DNA from: Thraustochytrium aureum | Lineage: Eukaryota | Direction of reading: 5' to 3' | Assembly (NCBI GenBank): GCA_012862495.1 | Contig: BLSG01000088.1 | Coordinates: 17,440-78,653 of the forward strand | Length of the DNA: 61,214 nucleotides | In this document: piece after piece, positions 49,689-59,866 of the stretch | Position numbering within the stretch: position 1 is the stretch's first letter | Layout of the letters: each line of letters opens with the position of its first letter | Notes under the pieces: generated by a model | The model's database searches: none | What the model saw: only the letters and a program-made list of their open reading frames with translations | What the model was told of the DNA's origin: nothing | Made by a program: the position numbers and the translations under genes

Positions 49689-52288
49689 CTATGCTCCACT
49701 GCGACGCGCCGTTGCACCGGTGTCACCCTCGAGCGCCGCGTGCGCGACAGCGCACGCCCAACGCGCGAAGAGGCACAGTGCCCAGCGTCTGCTAGAAAGC
49801 GTCTCAGACCGCGCTGCTGGCCCCGCCACGCCCCAGACCGGGTCCGCCTCCCCGAGGTCATACACGCGGCGCAGCACATTCAGGACTGCACCGTCTGCCA
49901 CACTTGAGTGATCAAACGCCTGAACGCGGTCCCTCCACGGGCCGCGGAGAAAGTCCAGCGCAGCCGCCCAGTGTCCAGCGGAAGCATCGCCCAACAGCTC
50001 CAAAACTGCTGCAAAGACCTCTGCGACCGCGTCTGGCGCAGCGACTTCAAACGCAAGGATCTGAGCCACAACGTCGTCGCTGACGGCGACAAGATTTCTC
50101 GCGGCTTCTGCAACCTGCATCGATGGCGAGTGTTGGCAGCTCCGGCCGGCTGCCGGTTTAGGCGGCTCCTGGCCTGACGCAGTTTCTCCTGCAAGGCAAA
50201 GGCGCTCTGGTCTGCCCTGCTGTCCAAGCTCACAACATATTCCACGTTCTGCAGAAGGTCAAGTGCGCCGTCTCGGGTCTTCGGATCGACGTGAAGCAGA
50301 GGCAGCACTTTGCACGAGACGTCGACGATGATGCGCAGGTCCTCACCGCTCGGGGATACGCCGTCGGCGGAGAACAGCAACGCAAGGAGCGCGTCGGCGA
50401 GCGCCTCAGCCTCGACGAAATCGGTGTGCCNNNNNNNNNNNNNNNNNNNNNNNNNNNNNNNNNNNNNNNNNNNNNNNNNNNNNNNNNNNNNNNNNNNNNN
50501 NNNNNNNNNNNNNNNNNNNNNNNNNNNNNNNNNNNNNNNNNNNNNNNNNNNNNNNNNNNNNNNNNNNNNNNNNNNNNNNNNNNNNNNNNNNNNNNNNNNN
50601 NNNNNNNNNNNNNNNNNNNNNNNNNNNNNNNNNNNNNNNNNNNNNNNNNNNNNNNNNNNNNNNNNNNNNNNNNNNNNNNNNNNNNNNNNNNNNNNNNNGT
50701 GCTTGTTCCAGCTTCCGTTGCTACGTTCCAGCGCCAAGAACTCGGCACGGACCCTCTCAAGAACTGTGTCCCGCAGCATGGCGGCGCGGGCGGCGCCCGC
50801 GGAGGCGTCTACGAACGCGCGGATCAGGCGGGCCGCGCTAGATGCCTCCGCTCGGCCCGAGTCGTGTTCATTCCGAGCGAACGCGACGTTGAGCAAACTG
50901 ATCATCGCGACCTTGGCCTTGTCGTCCTCCAGCTCGACGAGCTCGTTGGCTACGCGCTCAGCGCTCTTGATGTCTGCGCCTGCGAGCAAACTGTCCGCAC
51001 CAACAGCGCCAAACCCGCTGCTCGCGGAGTCGCTGCTGTTGCTCGATGCGAGCTCGCGCCGCACTTGCTCGAGGATGCCCTCGTATGGGACAGCCACCAC
51101 GACGTCGTACTCGCGAAGCTGAAAGGTTGCAGCAATCCGGGAGCTCGCTATGTCTGCAGCATTCTCGTTGTACTCGACTCCCGCCTCATCGGGCTTGAGT
51201 GCGTCGACTAGAGCCAGAGCATCTGCGCGGAGTTTATGCGAGAGGCTCGTTTGCTTGCCATTCTCAGAAAGTGAGCTGGCCTCTCCTTTGATCGCGACAC
51301 GCCGCTTCTTTGACTGAGCAAGGCGCAACAGCTCAAGTTGCTCATCCACGTACGACTGCGGTGTCACGCCTTCCTTCATCACGTTGTTGCGTCGTTCCTC
51401 CTCGACGACACTTTGTAAGATCAGGTCATCGAAATCGGGGTTGAATGCGCCAGCTCTGAGAGGCGGGGGGCGACGTGTCGCCCCTTCATCGTTAGAGGTA
51501 GGCAGGTCCTCTACTTTGATTGCCGGCATCGCTCCTCCGCGCCATACTTCGGGGGCCTCGCGCTTGACACCCGGAGACCTGCTCTCGTCGCCGCAGCGCT
51601 GGGCGGCCAGCGTTCCCGCCTCGTCAGGGAGCTCCTTTTTCGTCCCTTCAGCTGAATCGTGCGATCTCCGTCCTTCTCGTCGGGAGGGCGACTTCCGCTG
51701 CCTTGCCTGAGGACGGCTTGGCCGTGCCTTCATCGCTGACTTCGCCATCACTGAGATGTTCCCAGCCCATGCTCGCACAGTCCGACTTCTCCACCACCTG
51801 AAACGAGGCATCGTCGTCGTCACCGCTCTCGCGCGCGACGTCTGCACCTTCCCCGTCACCCTCAACGCCCTCGCGCGCGACGTCTGCACCTTCCCCGTCG
51901 CCCTCAATGCCCTCGCGCGCGACGTCTGTACCATTTTCGCTTCCTTCGGCTGTGCTGGCACCAGGTTGAACATTCGCCTGCATCGACTCGCGCGCAGCCC
52001 GAAGCAGTGCTTGCATCTCAGGAATGCCCGGATGCTCGAACACGGACAAGCACGTTGACGTGTTGAAATAAAAGATCTCTTGGTCGCCTCGATCATGCAG
52101 TACCGCCACCCATCCGGAAGTGGCATGTCGAGCAGGTGCTGCACGATCCACATCATTTCCGCTTCCGTCTCGACGTTGATGCCAAGTTGCTGTGCAAGGC
52201 GTTTCAGGAGCTCATCCCCGGGCTGCTCTCGCATCCTCACCAGCACCGGATGCCTATCCCCCAAGAAGAGGGTTCCCGTCCCAGACAT
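49689..52288 (-). CDS. Protein with a CEP164-like N-terminal WW module and a C-terminal dynein-MTBD-like region (frameshifts ~52087, ~51700, ~50130; may extend further 5')
   Basis: LGINVETEAEMMWIVQHLLDMPLPDGWRYCMIE + GDQEIFYFNTSTCLSVFEHP after one G is restored; acidic 14-aa repeats; helical body; C-terminal ORF 49689-50120. Confidence 0.7.
51828..51932. repeat. 42-bp coding tandem repeat (~2.5 copies) encoding DVAREG(I/V)EGDGEGA
   Basis: CTCGCGCGCGACGTCTG at 51828, 51870 and 51912. Confidence 0.92.
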
Positions 52289-53602
52289 CTTCTTCCAGCT
52301 TCACTTGCCACGGCCCCGCCTCACGGACACGCGCCAGATGTTCTTGCCGTGGAGTTCAGTTTGGCACTTGCAGGCTAGCCTGTTCCCGCTGTTCTTGCCT
52401 CGTTGGACTCCTGCGTCAACCTCGTTCGACTGGCAGACTCGCTTGAGCACTTGCCTCGTTGGACTCCTGCTTCGACCTCGTTCGAACGTACTCGGGGTNN
52501 NNNNNNNNNNNNNNNNNNNNNNNNNNNNNNNNNNNNNNNNNNNNNNNNNNNNNNNNNNNNNNNNNNNNNNNNNNNNNNNNNNNNNNNNNNNNNNNNNNNN
52601 NNNNNNNNNNNNNNNNNNNNNNNNNNNNNNNNNNNNNNNNNNNNNNNNNNNNNNNNNNNNNNNNNNNNNNNNNNNNNNNNNNNNNNNNNNNNNNNNNNNN
52701 NNNNNNNNNNNNNNNNNNNNNNNNNNNNNNNNNNNNNNNNNNNNNNNNNNNNNNNNNNNNNNNNNNNNNNNNNNNNNNNNNNNNNNNNNNNNNNNNNNNN
52801 NNNNNNNNNNNNNNNNNNNNNNNNNNNNNNNNNNNNNNNNNNNNNNNNNNNNNNNNNNNNNNNNNNNNNNNNNNNNNNNNNNNNNNNNNNNNNNNNNNNN
52901 NNNNNNNNNNNNNNNNNNNNNNNNNNNNNNNNNNNNNNNNNNNNNNNNNNNNNNNNNNNNNNNNNNNNNNNNNNNNNNNNNNNNNNNNNNNNNNNNNNNN
53001 NNNNNNNNNNNNNNNNNNNNNNNNNNNNNNNNNNNNNNNNNNNNNNNNNNNNNNNNNNNNNNNNNNNNNNNNNNNNNNNNNNNNNNNNNNNNNNNNNNNN
53101 NNNNNNNNNNNNNNNNNNNNNNNNNNNNNNNNNNNNNNNNNNNNNNNNNNNNNNNNNNNNNNNNNNNNNNNNNNNNNNNNNNNNNNNNNNNNNNNNNNNN
53201 NNNNNNNNNNNNNNNNNNNNNNNNNNNNNNNNNNNNNNNNNNNNNNNNNNNNNNNNNNNNNNNNNNNNNNNNNNNNNNNNNNNNNNNNNNNNNNNNNNNN
53301 NNNNNNNNNNNNNNNNNNNNNNNNNNNNNNNNNNNNNNNNNNNNNNNNNNNNNNNNNNNNNNNNNNNNNNNNNNNNNNNNNNNNNNNNNNNNNNNNNNNN
53401 NNNNNNNNNNNNNNNNNNNNNNNNNNNNNNNNNNNNNNNNNNCGAGCGCCTTCGCGCTGTACGTGACGCTCAAGAACGACTGGCCAGACGCAGATCGCCA
53501 CCAACTTTGAAAGGACGCTGACCGGAACAAGGCCTCCGCAGAGCCTCGCTCGCCAGGCAGGAAGCAGGCGAGGCTCGAGGCGGACGCATTGCTGCGCTCG
53601 GG

Positions 53603-55249
53603 ATGGGCTTCGACGACGAGCTGGGAATGGCGGCCCTAATGTCGGCTTGGCAAGCGTCCGAGCTCTCCGAGCTCGAAATGCTCCTTTCGGCCTCACGCAA
53701 GGCACCAGAGGCCACGGCTGCGCCCGGGGGGCTGCAGGAGGCAGTGCAGGAGTGGTGCGTGGCCTGGCTTGACGACGCGCAACGGGCTGAGTTTGTCGGC
53801 GGGGACTTTGTGCGTGGGGTGGAGGCCTTGTTGAGACGCCTCAGCAAAGCGTGCGGGGAAGACCTCGAGCCCTCGGAATCAGTGGCGTGGGCGGACGGGT
53901 TTCCGGACGCTGTCGTGGTTCGCGTTCTCACAGAGGCAATGCGCTTTGCGCGCAACTTGGCCCTGGACTCTCGAGCGCAGGCCGCCCTGGCACCACTTGT
54001 CCAGCCAGCCGCGCTCGCCTTCCTCCGGCTAGACAAGCTGCACGGCGGAGGCACCTTTGAGGAGTGGCAACAGCTTGTGGTGACCGCCTCACACGCCGTG
54101 GCCCAGGCCCTCGCCAACCTCTGCACGCAGAACGAGGAAAACCAAGCCGCGCTTTGGACCGAGCCCACCCTGATCTCGCTTGTCTCCGCGTTCTGCTTTG
54201 CGCTGCGCCTAAGCGACCTCAAGCTCCTCGCAAGCCTAACACACCTGGCTTACATCCTGGCCCTGGGGCACGAGCAGCGCGCGGAGCAGCTGGCTTGCCA
54301 CGCGCAGCTGCCCGTGCTCTTGCTCCAATCCGCGGCGGTTGCGCTAGAGCAGCTCAACTGCGCCGAGGCCGAGGGCGCGAGCTCGGCGAAAGCGGACAGC
54401 GCGGGCGGCGCAGGCGCAGACCAAGCTGCAGCTCTTGCGGCGGACGACGCGCGAGCCCAAGCTGCAGCCCAGTTGCACGCCTCGTGCGTTTGGGTCGTTG
54501 GCCATCTAGTGAACGCAGGCCATGGCGCCGCGCTCCTCGCTGCGAGCGACAGGGCGGGTGACGGCAAGCTCGGGCCGATCCTGTTCTCGCTGTGGCTTGG
54601 CCACCGTCTTGAAGAAGAAGACGAAATGTCGAAAGCAGAAGCGCAAGCCCGCTTAGCCCCAGAGCCCGACCTCGACCAGGGCCAAACGCGAGACGACGAC
54701 AAGGTCGAAGCGAGCTTTGAGGCGCTGGGCGCGGCCTTCTTGCACGCCACGGCGCCGGTAGACTCCATTTCTGAGGACGGCCGGGACGCGGTCCTGTCCA
54801 GCGTACTTGTGCGCCTCGTCGGGTCGTACGCGATCGATCAGCGCATTTACAAAGCCCAGCCGGACAAGGTCGACGTCCTGCACCGCCTCCTCGACCTGCT
54901 TGAGCAAGCCACTGCTGAAAGCTCCAAGGTCGCGTACGGCTTTCGCGGCGACGTGCTGCGCGCGATCACCAACCTGACTTTCCGCCACCGCCGCCACCAA
55001 GACGCCGTGCGCGAGAAGCCGGGCGCATTGTTCACGGTGCTCAACCAGTGCGGCGTCGACGAGAACAGCCCCTTCTTGCGGGAATGGGGGATCATGGCGA
55101 TTCGCAACCTCACCGAGAACAATATTGACAACCAGGACATGATTGCCTCGCTGCGCGTGCAAGGGACGGTGAAGTCGTCGCTGATTGAAAAGGCCGGGCT
55201 CACCGTTGAGATGACAGAGGACGGCAAGGCCAAGCTCAGGCGGCTCTAG
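53603..55249 (+). CDS. ATXN10: Ataxin-10 family ARM-repeat protein
   Basis: C-terminal ataxin-10 domain GFRGDVLRAITNL...HQDAVRE...VLNQCGVDENSPFLREWGIMAIRNLTENNIDNQDMIASL; N-terminal QALANLCTQNEENQAALW. Confidence 0.9.
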   Translation: MGFDDELGMAALMSAWQASELSELEMLLSASRKAPEATAAPGGLQEAVQEWCVAWLDDAQRAEFVGGDFVRGVEALLRRLSKACGEDLEPSESVAWADGFPDAVVVRVLTEAMRFARNLALDSRAQAALAPLVQPAALAFLRLDKLHGGGTFEEWQQLVVTASHAVAQALANLCTQNEENQAALWTEPTLISLVSAFCFALRLSDLKLLASLTHLAYILALGHEQRAEQLACHAQLPVLLLQSAAVALEQLNCAEAEGASSAKADSAGGAGADQAAALAADDARAQAAAQLHASCVWVVGHLVNAGHGAALLAASDRAGDGKLGPILFSLWLGHRLEEEDEMSKAEAQARLAPEPDLDQGQTRDDDKVEASFEALGAAFLHATAPVDSISEDGRDAVLSSVLVRLVGSYAIDQRIYKAQPDKVDVLHRLLDLLEQATAESSKVAYGFRGDVLRAITNLTFRHRRHQDAVREKPGALFTVLNQCGVDENSPFLREWGIMAIRNLTENNIDNQDMIASLRVQGTVKSSLIEKAGLTVEMTEDGKAKLRRL

Positions 55250-55873
55250 CTAGCTAGAGCCGTAGCTCTCGCTCTCTCTACTAGCTATAGTACGCTCGAG
55301 CTCGAGCTAGAGAGCTCAAGCGCTCCTGCGCAGCCCTGTGCAGACGGCGGCGGTCCAAAGGAGATTTTCGGGACTCTGGCAAGACCACAAACAGGAAAAA
55401 TGAAAGAGGGTAGAGCGACAGCAGGCCACCGGAGAAACACCCCGANNNNNNNNNNNNNNNNNNNNNNNNNNNNNNNNNNNNNNNNNNNNNNNNNNNNNNN
55501 NNNNNNNNNNNNNNNNNNNNNNNNNNNNNNNNNNNNNNNNNNNNNNNNNNNNNNNNNNNNNNNNNNNNNNNNNNNNNNNNNNNNNNNNNNNNNNNNNNNN
55601 NNNNNNNNNNNNNNNNNNNNNNNNNNNNNNNNNNNNNNNNNNNNNNNNNNNNNNNNNNNNNNNNNNNNNNNNNNNNNNNNNNNNNNNNNNNNNNNNNNNN
55701 NNNNNNNNNNNNNNNNNNNNNNNNNNNNNNNNNNNNNNNNNNNNNNNNNNNNNNNNNNNNNNNNNNNNNNNNNNNNNNNNNNNNNNNNNNNNNNNNNNNN
55801 NNNNNNNNNNNNNNNNNNNNNNNNNNNNNNNNNAGTACACTAGTTCACAAAAATTGAAATTCTACACTGCAGC

Positions 55874-57586
55874 TCAGGCACGAGCGACCACGCCAGGGTC
55901 CGCGGCGTCCTCAAACACGTCCTCATCGTCACCCAGCTGGTCCCTTTGGTCCTCATGAAAGCTCTTGTCCGGCGCTCGCACCGACGACCCAAAAATGTGC
56001 GCCCTCGAGCGCAAACTTCGCAGCTTGCGCTGGATCTTCACGAGAACGCCAGGCGAGCGCTCCAGGGCGCTCTCCCGATCTGCCTTGGTGGGCTCAATCG
56101 AGGACCGCTGCTCCTCGCTCATGCCTGGCATTGGCTCGTACTTGCAGACCCAGTCGTGCTTGCAAACCTCGTCGATGCTGAGCCGCGTGCGCGGGTCCTT
56201 GTCCAGCATGCGCGTCAGCAGGTGCCGAAGCCGTGCGCTGGTCCCGAGTCCGATCCCAGGAAACCGCAACGGGTTGGAGATGATTCGTTCCTCCATTTCT
56301 TCAAAGCTCAGCGGCTCGCGTCGCGACTTGTACGAGCGCGAGAGCTTGTGCGACGTGAGGCGGGCCAGACCACTCGGGGACGGCTTCAGCGTTGGCGGGC
56401 CGTTGCCCGCGCTCCCTTCGGAGACCCCCGTCGACACGGAGAGGCTCGGCTGCCCGGGCTCTGTGGAAGACGACGAAGACGAAAACTTGGCAAACCGGCC
56501 CGTGGACATGCCTGAAGAGCGGCGAGGGCTTTGCGTGTGCGGCAGCCCGCCGTAGATAAAGGCAAACAAGGTGACTCCTGTGGCCCACACGTCTGCCGCC
56601 CGCCCCGGAAAGTACTGCACAGGGGGGGCGGCGGCCCGCGCGCCAGGAGCACAGACGCTCTCTTCGTTGCTCAGATAAAGCGCTTGCATGTGCTCCTCGC
56701 TGCGCTTGATCATGTAGTACTCGGGCGGGAGAAAGGCAGGCGTGCCAACAACCAGGGTTGTGGCAACCAGAGCGTCGTCGTTCCCGAGCACCTTGGACGC
56801 CTTCCCCGTGCTCGTTTGGACCGCGATGCCCAGGTCAGTCAGCTTGAGCACCTTGCGCTCGCGGTCGATGATCAAGTTGCTCGGCTTGATGTCTCGATGC
56901 ACGATCCCGTGAAAGTGCAAGTACCGCACCGCAGCAGCGAGCTGCCGAAAGTAGCAGCGCGCTTCCTCTTCGTCGAGAGGAAGCCCAGAGTTTTTCATGA
57001 GCAGGTTGTCCGAGAGCTGCCGCAGCGGGCCCCCGGCGACGTACTCGAAAACCAGGTGAATGTCCTTGTCCGTCGGAAGGTCGATCACGTCCAGCAGTTT
57101 GACGATGTTGGGGTGGTTTACCTTTTTCAGCAGCGCGATCTCGCGGCAGACAGCCTTGCAGACGCCCGAGAGCCCGCCGCGAGCGCGCAACATGCCCTGG
57201 CGCTTTGTGGGCACGACGGTCGAGCCCATGATCAGCGACCCGCCAAAGATCGTTTTAATGGCAACGCGCTCCGCCGTGCCAGTATGTTCGCCAAGCAGCA
57301 CGGTGCCCTGTGACCCGCGCCCCAAAAACTTGACGATCTGGTAGGTGCCGATCATGCGGCGTCGCCGCGACTTGCCCTCCCGGCTCTGCGCCGAGTCGGA
57401 GCGGACCAGCAGCCGCCGCGCCCGCGAGGGAATGCCGAGGCGGCGCCCCGCAGGCTCGGCCTCAGGCCCACGCTGAGCTACGCGGCCGTGTGCGACCCCC
57501 GTGCTCCCTTGGCTGCTTACCGTGTTGGGCGTGTTGGTTCGGTGCAAGGTAGCATTCGCAAAGTTGGTGGCCTGCTGGCCACTTGC
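55874..57586 (-). CDS. Ser/Thr kinase, CAMKK/SAK1/GRIK-like (5' end uncertain; ATG at 57355 directly precedes the kinase domain)
   Basis: LGRGSQG, VAIK, REIALLKKVNHPNIVKLLDVID, HRDIKPSNL, DLG, GTPAFLPPE, GRAADVWATGVTLFAFIYG and RMLDKDPRTR. Confidence 0.88.
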   Translation of the reverse strand, partial: ASGQQATNFANATLHRTNTPNTVSSQGSTGVAHGRVAQRGPEAEPAGRRLGIPSRARRLLVRSDSAQSREGKSRRRRMIGTYQIVKFLGRGSQGTVLLGEHTGTAERVAIKTIFGGSLIMGSTVVPTKRQGMLRARGGLSGVCKAVCREIALLKKVNHPNIVKLLDVIDLPTDKDIHLVFEYVAGGPLRQLSDNLLMKNSGLPLDEEEARCYFRQLAAAVRYLHFHGIVHRDIKPSNLIIDRERKVLKLTDLGIAVQTSTGKASKVLGNDDALVATTLVVGTPAFLPPEYYMIKRSEEHMQALYLSNEESVCAPGARAAAPPVQYFPGRAADVWATGVTLFAFIYGGLPHTQSPRRSSGMSTGRFAKFSSSSSSTEPGQPSLSVSTGVSEGSAGNGPPTLKPSPSGLARLTSHKLSRSYKSRREPLSFEEMEERIISNPLRFPGIGLGTSARLRHLLTRMLDKDPRTRLSIDEVCKHDWVCKYEPMPGMSEEQRSSIEPTKADRESALERSPGVLVKIQRKLRSLRSRAHIFGSSVRAPDKSFHEDQRDQLGDDEDVFEDAADPGVVARA

Positions 57587-59015
57587 TNNNNNNNNNNNNN
57601 NNNNNNNNNNNNNNNNNNNNNNNNNNNNNNNNNNNNNNNNNNNNNNNNNNNNNNNNNNNNNNNNNNNNNNNNNNNNNNNNNNNNNNNNNNNNNNNNNNNN
57701 NNNNNNNNNNNNNNNNNNNNNNNNNNNNNNNNNNNNNNNNNNNNNNNNNNNNNNNNNNNNNNNNNNNNNNNNNNNNNNNNNNNNNNNNNNNNNNNNNNNN
57801 NNNNNNNNNNNNNNNNNNNNNNNNNNNNNNNNNNNNNNNNNNNNNNNNNNNNNNNNNNNNNNNNNNNNNNNNNNNNNNNNNNNNNNNNNNNNNNNNNNNN
57901 NNNNNNNNNNNNNNNNNNNNNNNNNNNNNNNNNNNNNNNNNNNNNNNNNNNNNNNNNNNNNNNNNNNNNNNNNNNNNNNNNNNNNNNNNNNNNNNNNNNN
58001 NNNNNNNNNNNNNNNNNNNNNNNNNNNNNNNNNNNNNNNNNNNNNNNNNNNNNNNNNNNNNNNNNNNNNNNNNNNNNNNNNNNNNNNNNNNNNNNNNNNN
58101 NNNNNNNNNNNNNNNNNNNNNNNNNNNNNNNNNNNNNNNNNNNNNNNNNNNNNNNNNNNNNNNNNNNNNNNNNNNNNNNNNNNNNNNNNNNNNNNNNNNN
58201 NNNNNNNNNNNNNNNNNNNNNNNNNNNNNNNNNNNNNNNNNNNNNNNNNNNNNNNNNNNNNNNNNNNNNNNNNNNNNNNNNNNNNNNNNNNNNNNNNNNN
58301 NNNNNNNNNNNNNNNNNNNNNNNNNNNNNNGGCTCGAGGCGCTGCGGCCAGGCACAGCCTAGCGGATTTTTTTGGCCTGAGGTGTCCGCGAGTTTGTGTC
58401 AACCTGGTACAAAAGGTTGCGAGCAGCGGCGGCAGCTTGTGCATGTGGCCTGCTGCAGAGTGGCGGCTCTCAGGTGGGGGCTGCGGTTGTATCGAGTCGG
58501 TGCCTCTTGCCCTGCTCTGCATCGGACAGCATGTCGTGGTTTCGCGCAAACCTTGGAGTGACGCAACCGCACCGCACCGAAAGCGGCGGGAAAGCTGAGC
58601 AACCTGCCCGTGTCCGTGTTCGAACATGGCCGGCCAGCCCAGCCCATGGTGAGTTGTGCTTGATCAAGAATTTTGAAAGCACTGGGATCGAGGACAAGAA
58701 GGGGCGACTGCGCTGTCACCGAGTTCAGCAGCTGACCTGCAAAAGTAAAATTCTCAGCACCCAGCTGCTCCGAGTCACCTCGCCGCTGGCGCCCTCTTCG
58801 TGAATAGGCCAACCTGTCGTTGCCAGGATGCAAGGGACAAGAGCCATGCGAAGATTTGACTTGCAAGCGAGCAGGGATGGCAATCAGCGCGTTGGGCGAG
58901 GGTGGGAGGGAATCTATCTTTCTCTTTTGATCAATCAAAAAGGTTTGACGCGGGAGCGTCGTCGCCAACCCCACTTAAACCTCGCCATTCGCCAGGCCGG
59001 GGCGCGAGCGGGCGC

Positions 59016-59443
59016 TTACTCGGACTTGCAGCAGTCAAACACTTGCGAGAAGGTCCTCAGGTCGGGGTTCTTCTCGAGGATCGAGGCGTCCACGTCGTCG
59101 AGGTCGACGAGCTTCTCGATCTCGTCAAAGTCGCCCACGTAGGTGGTCTCGCTCTCTTCGTCGGTGTTAAAGACCTGCGGGTAGTTGCCCTTGATGCCGC
59201 TGATGGCGGTCAGCTCGGTGCGGACGTCCTTGTCCTCCACGGCGTCCACCTCCCTGTAGTTGATCTTCTTGGCCTTGAACCAGTTGATCACCTTGCTGCG
59301 GCTCGCCGAGCGGTCAGATGTACATCAATAGAAGCAGCGCGGCCGCCATGCGGTCGGGGCCTCATTCGGACTTACCGCTGCCCGTTCTCCGTGGCAAGCG
59401 TCGGCGGCGTCCGCGTGATCAGCACAAGGGCAATGTACCCCAT
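59016..59443 (-). CDS. SH3BGR-family glutaredoxin-like protein, 115 aa; coding exons 59443-59376 and 59295-59016
   Basis: Splicing gives MGYIALVLITRTPPTLATENGQR|KVINWFKAKKINYREVD...YPQVFN...YVGDFDE in frame; SH3BGR-like motifs and no CxxC. Confidence 0.85.
59296..59375 (-). other. Spliceosomal intron, 80 bp, phase 2
   Basis: GTAAGT donor at 59375, CTGAC branch site ~20 nt before the CCGCAG acceptor ending at 59296; removal restores the reading frame. Confidence 0.85.
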
Positions 59444-59448
59444 CTTGG

Positions 59449-59866
59449 CTGTAGTCTTTGTGTGGCTCCGATTCCGCGAAACTCAACCGGGGCCAGCCTC
59501 CTTCCGTGCAACTGTTGCAGGTGCTGCGCTGGCTGTCAGTGTGCCAGCTTCTCCACCGCCGTTCCCCGCAAGACGCTCAAAACCTCGGCCCAACGCCAGG
59601 CTGAAATCCCGCGCCCACGGCATCCCGCAGTCCGTCGCGCTCGCCCGCCCTCGCGCAGCGGCAAGAGGGGAGAGGCGCTGGTTGCGCTGGGATCGGGGGG
59701 TGGTGGGGGGGGATTCGATCCTGCCTTGCCTCGCAATCCCGCACACCTCCGTCGGAGGCGGGCCACCCTCGGCGGCGGCCAAACCAGTGCGTGCGCTCTG
59801 CAATGCGGAGACCGCGCCAGCCCGCTCCGTGGGCCGCGCAGCCCCGCGGGAGGCCGGTGCACTTAC
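59449..59866 (-). other. Probable 418-bp intron upstream of the SH3BGR ATG
   Basis: GTAAGT donor at 59866 and CTACAG acceptor ending at 59449, 5 nt before the ATG. Confidence 0.55.

Noticed and set aside
2174..58330. Long ORFs that run through N-gaps
   Set aside because: Their length comes from X codons. Only flanks with independent motif support were used.
58331..58627. 5' part of kinase ORF 55874-58627
   Set aside because: It lies beyond a gap of uncertain size and does not look coding.
5915..59443. Functional gene cluster (cilia or nutrient signalling)
   Set aside because: The neighbours have mixed housekeeping roles, and adjacency in a eukaryote is not evidence of a cluster without synteny or co-expression data.
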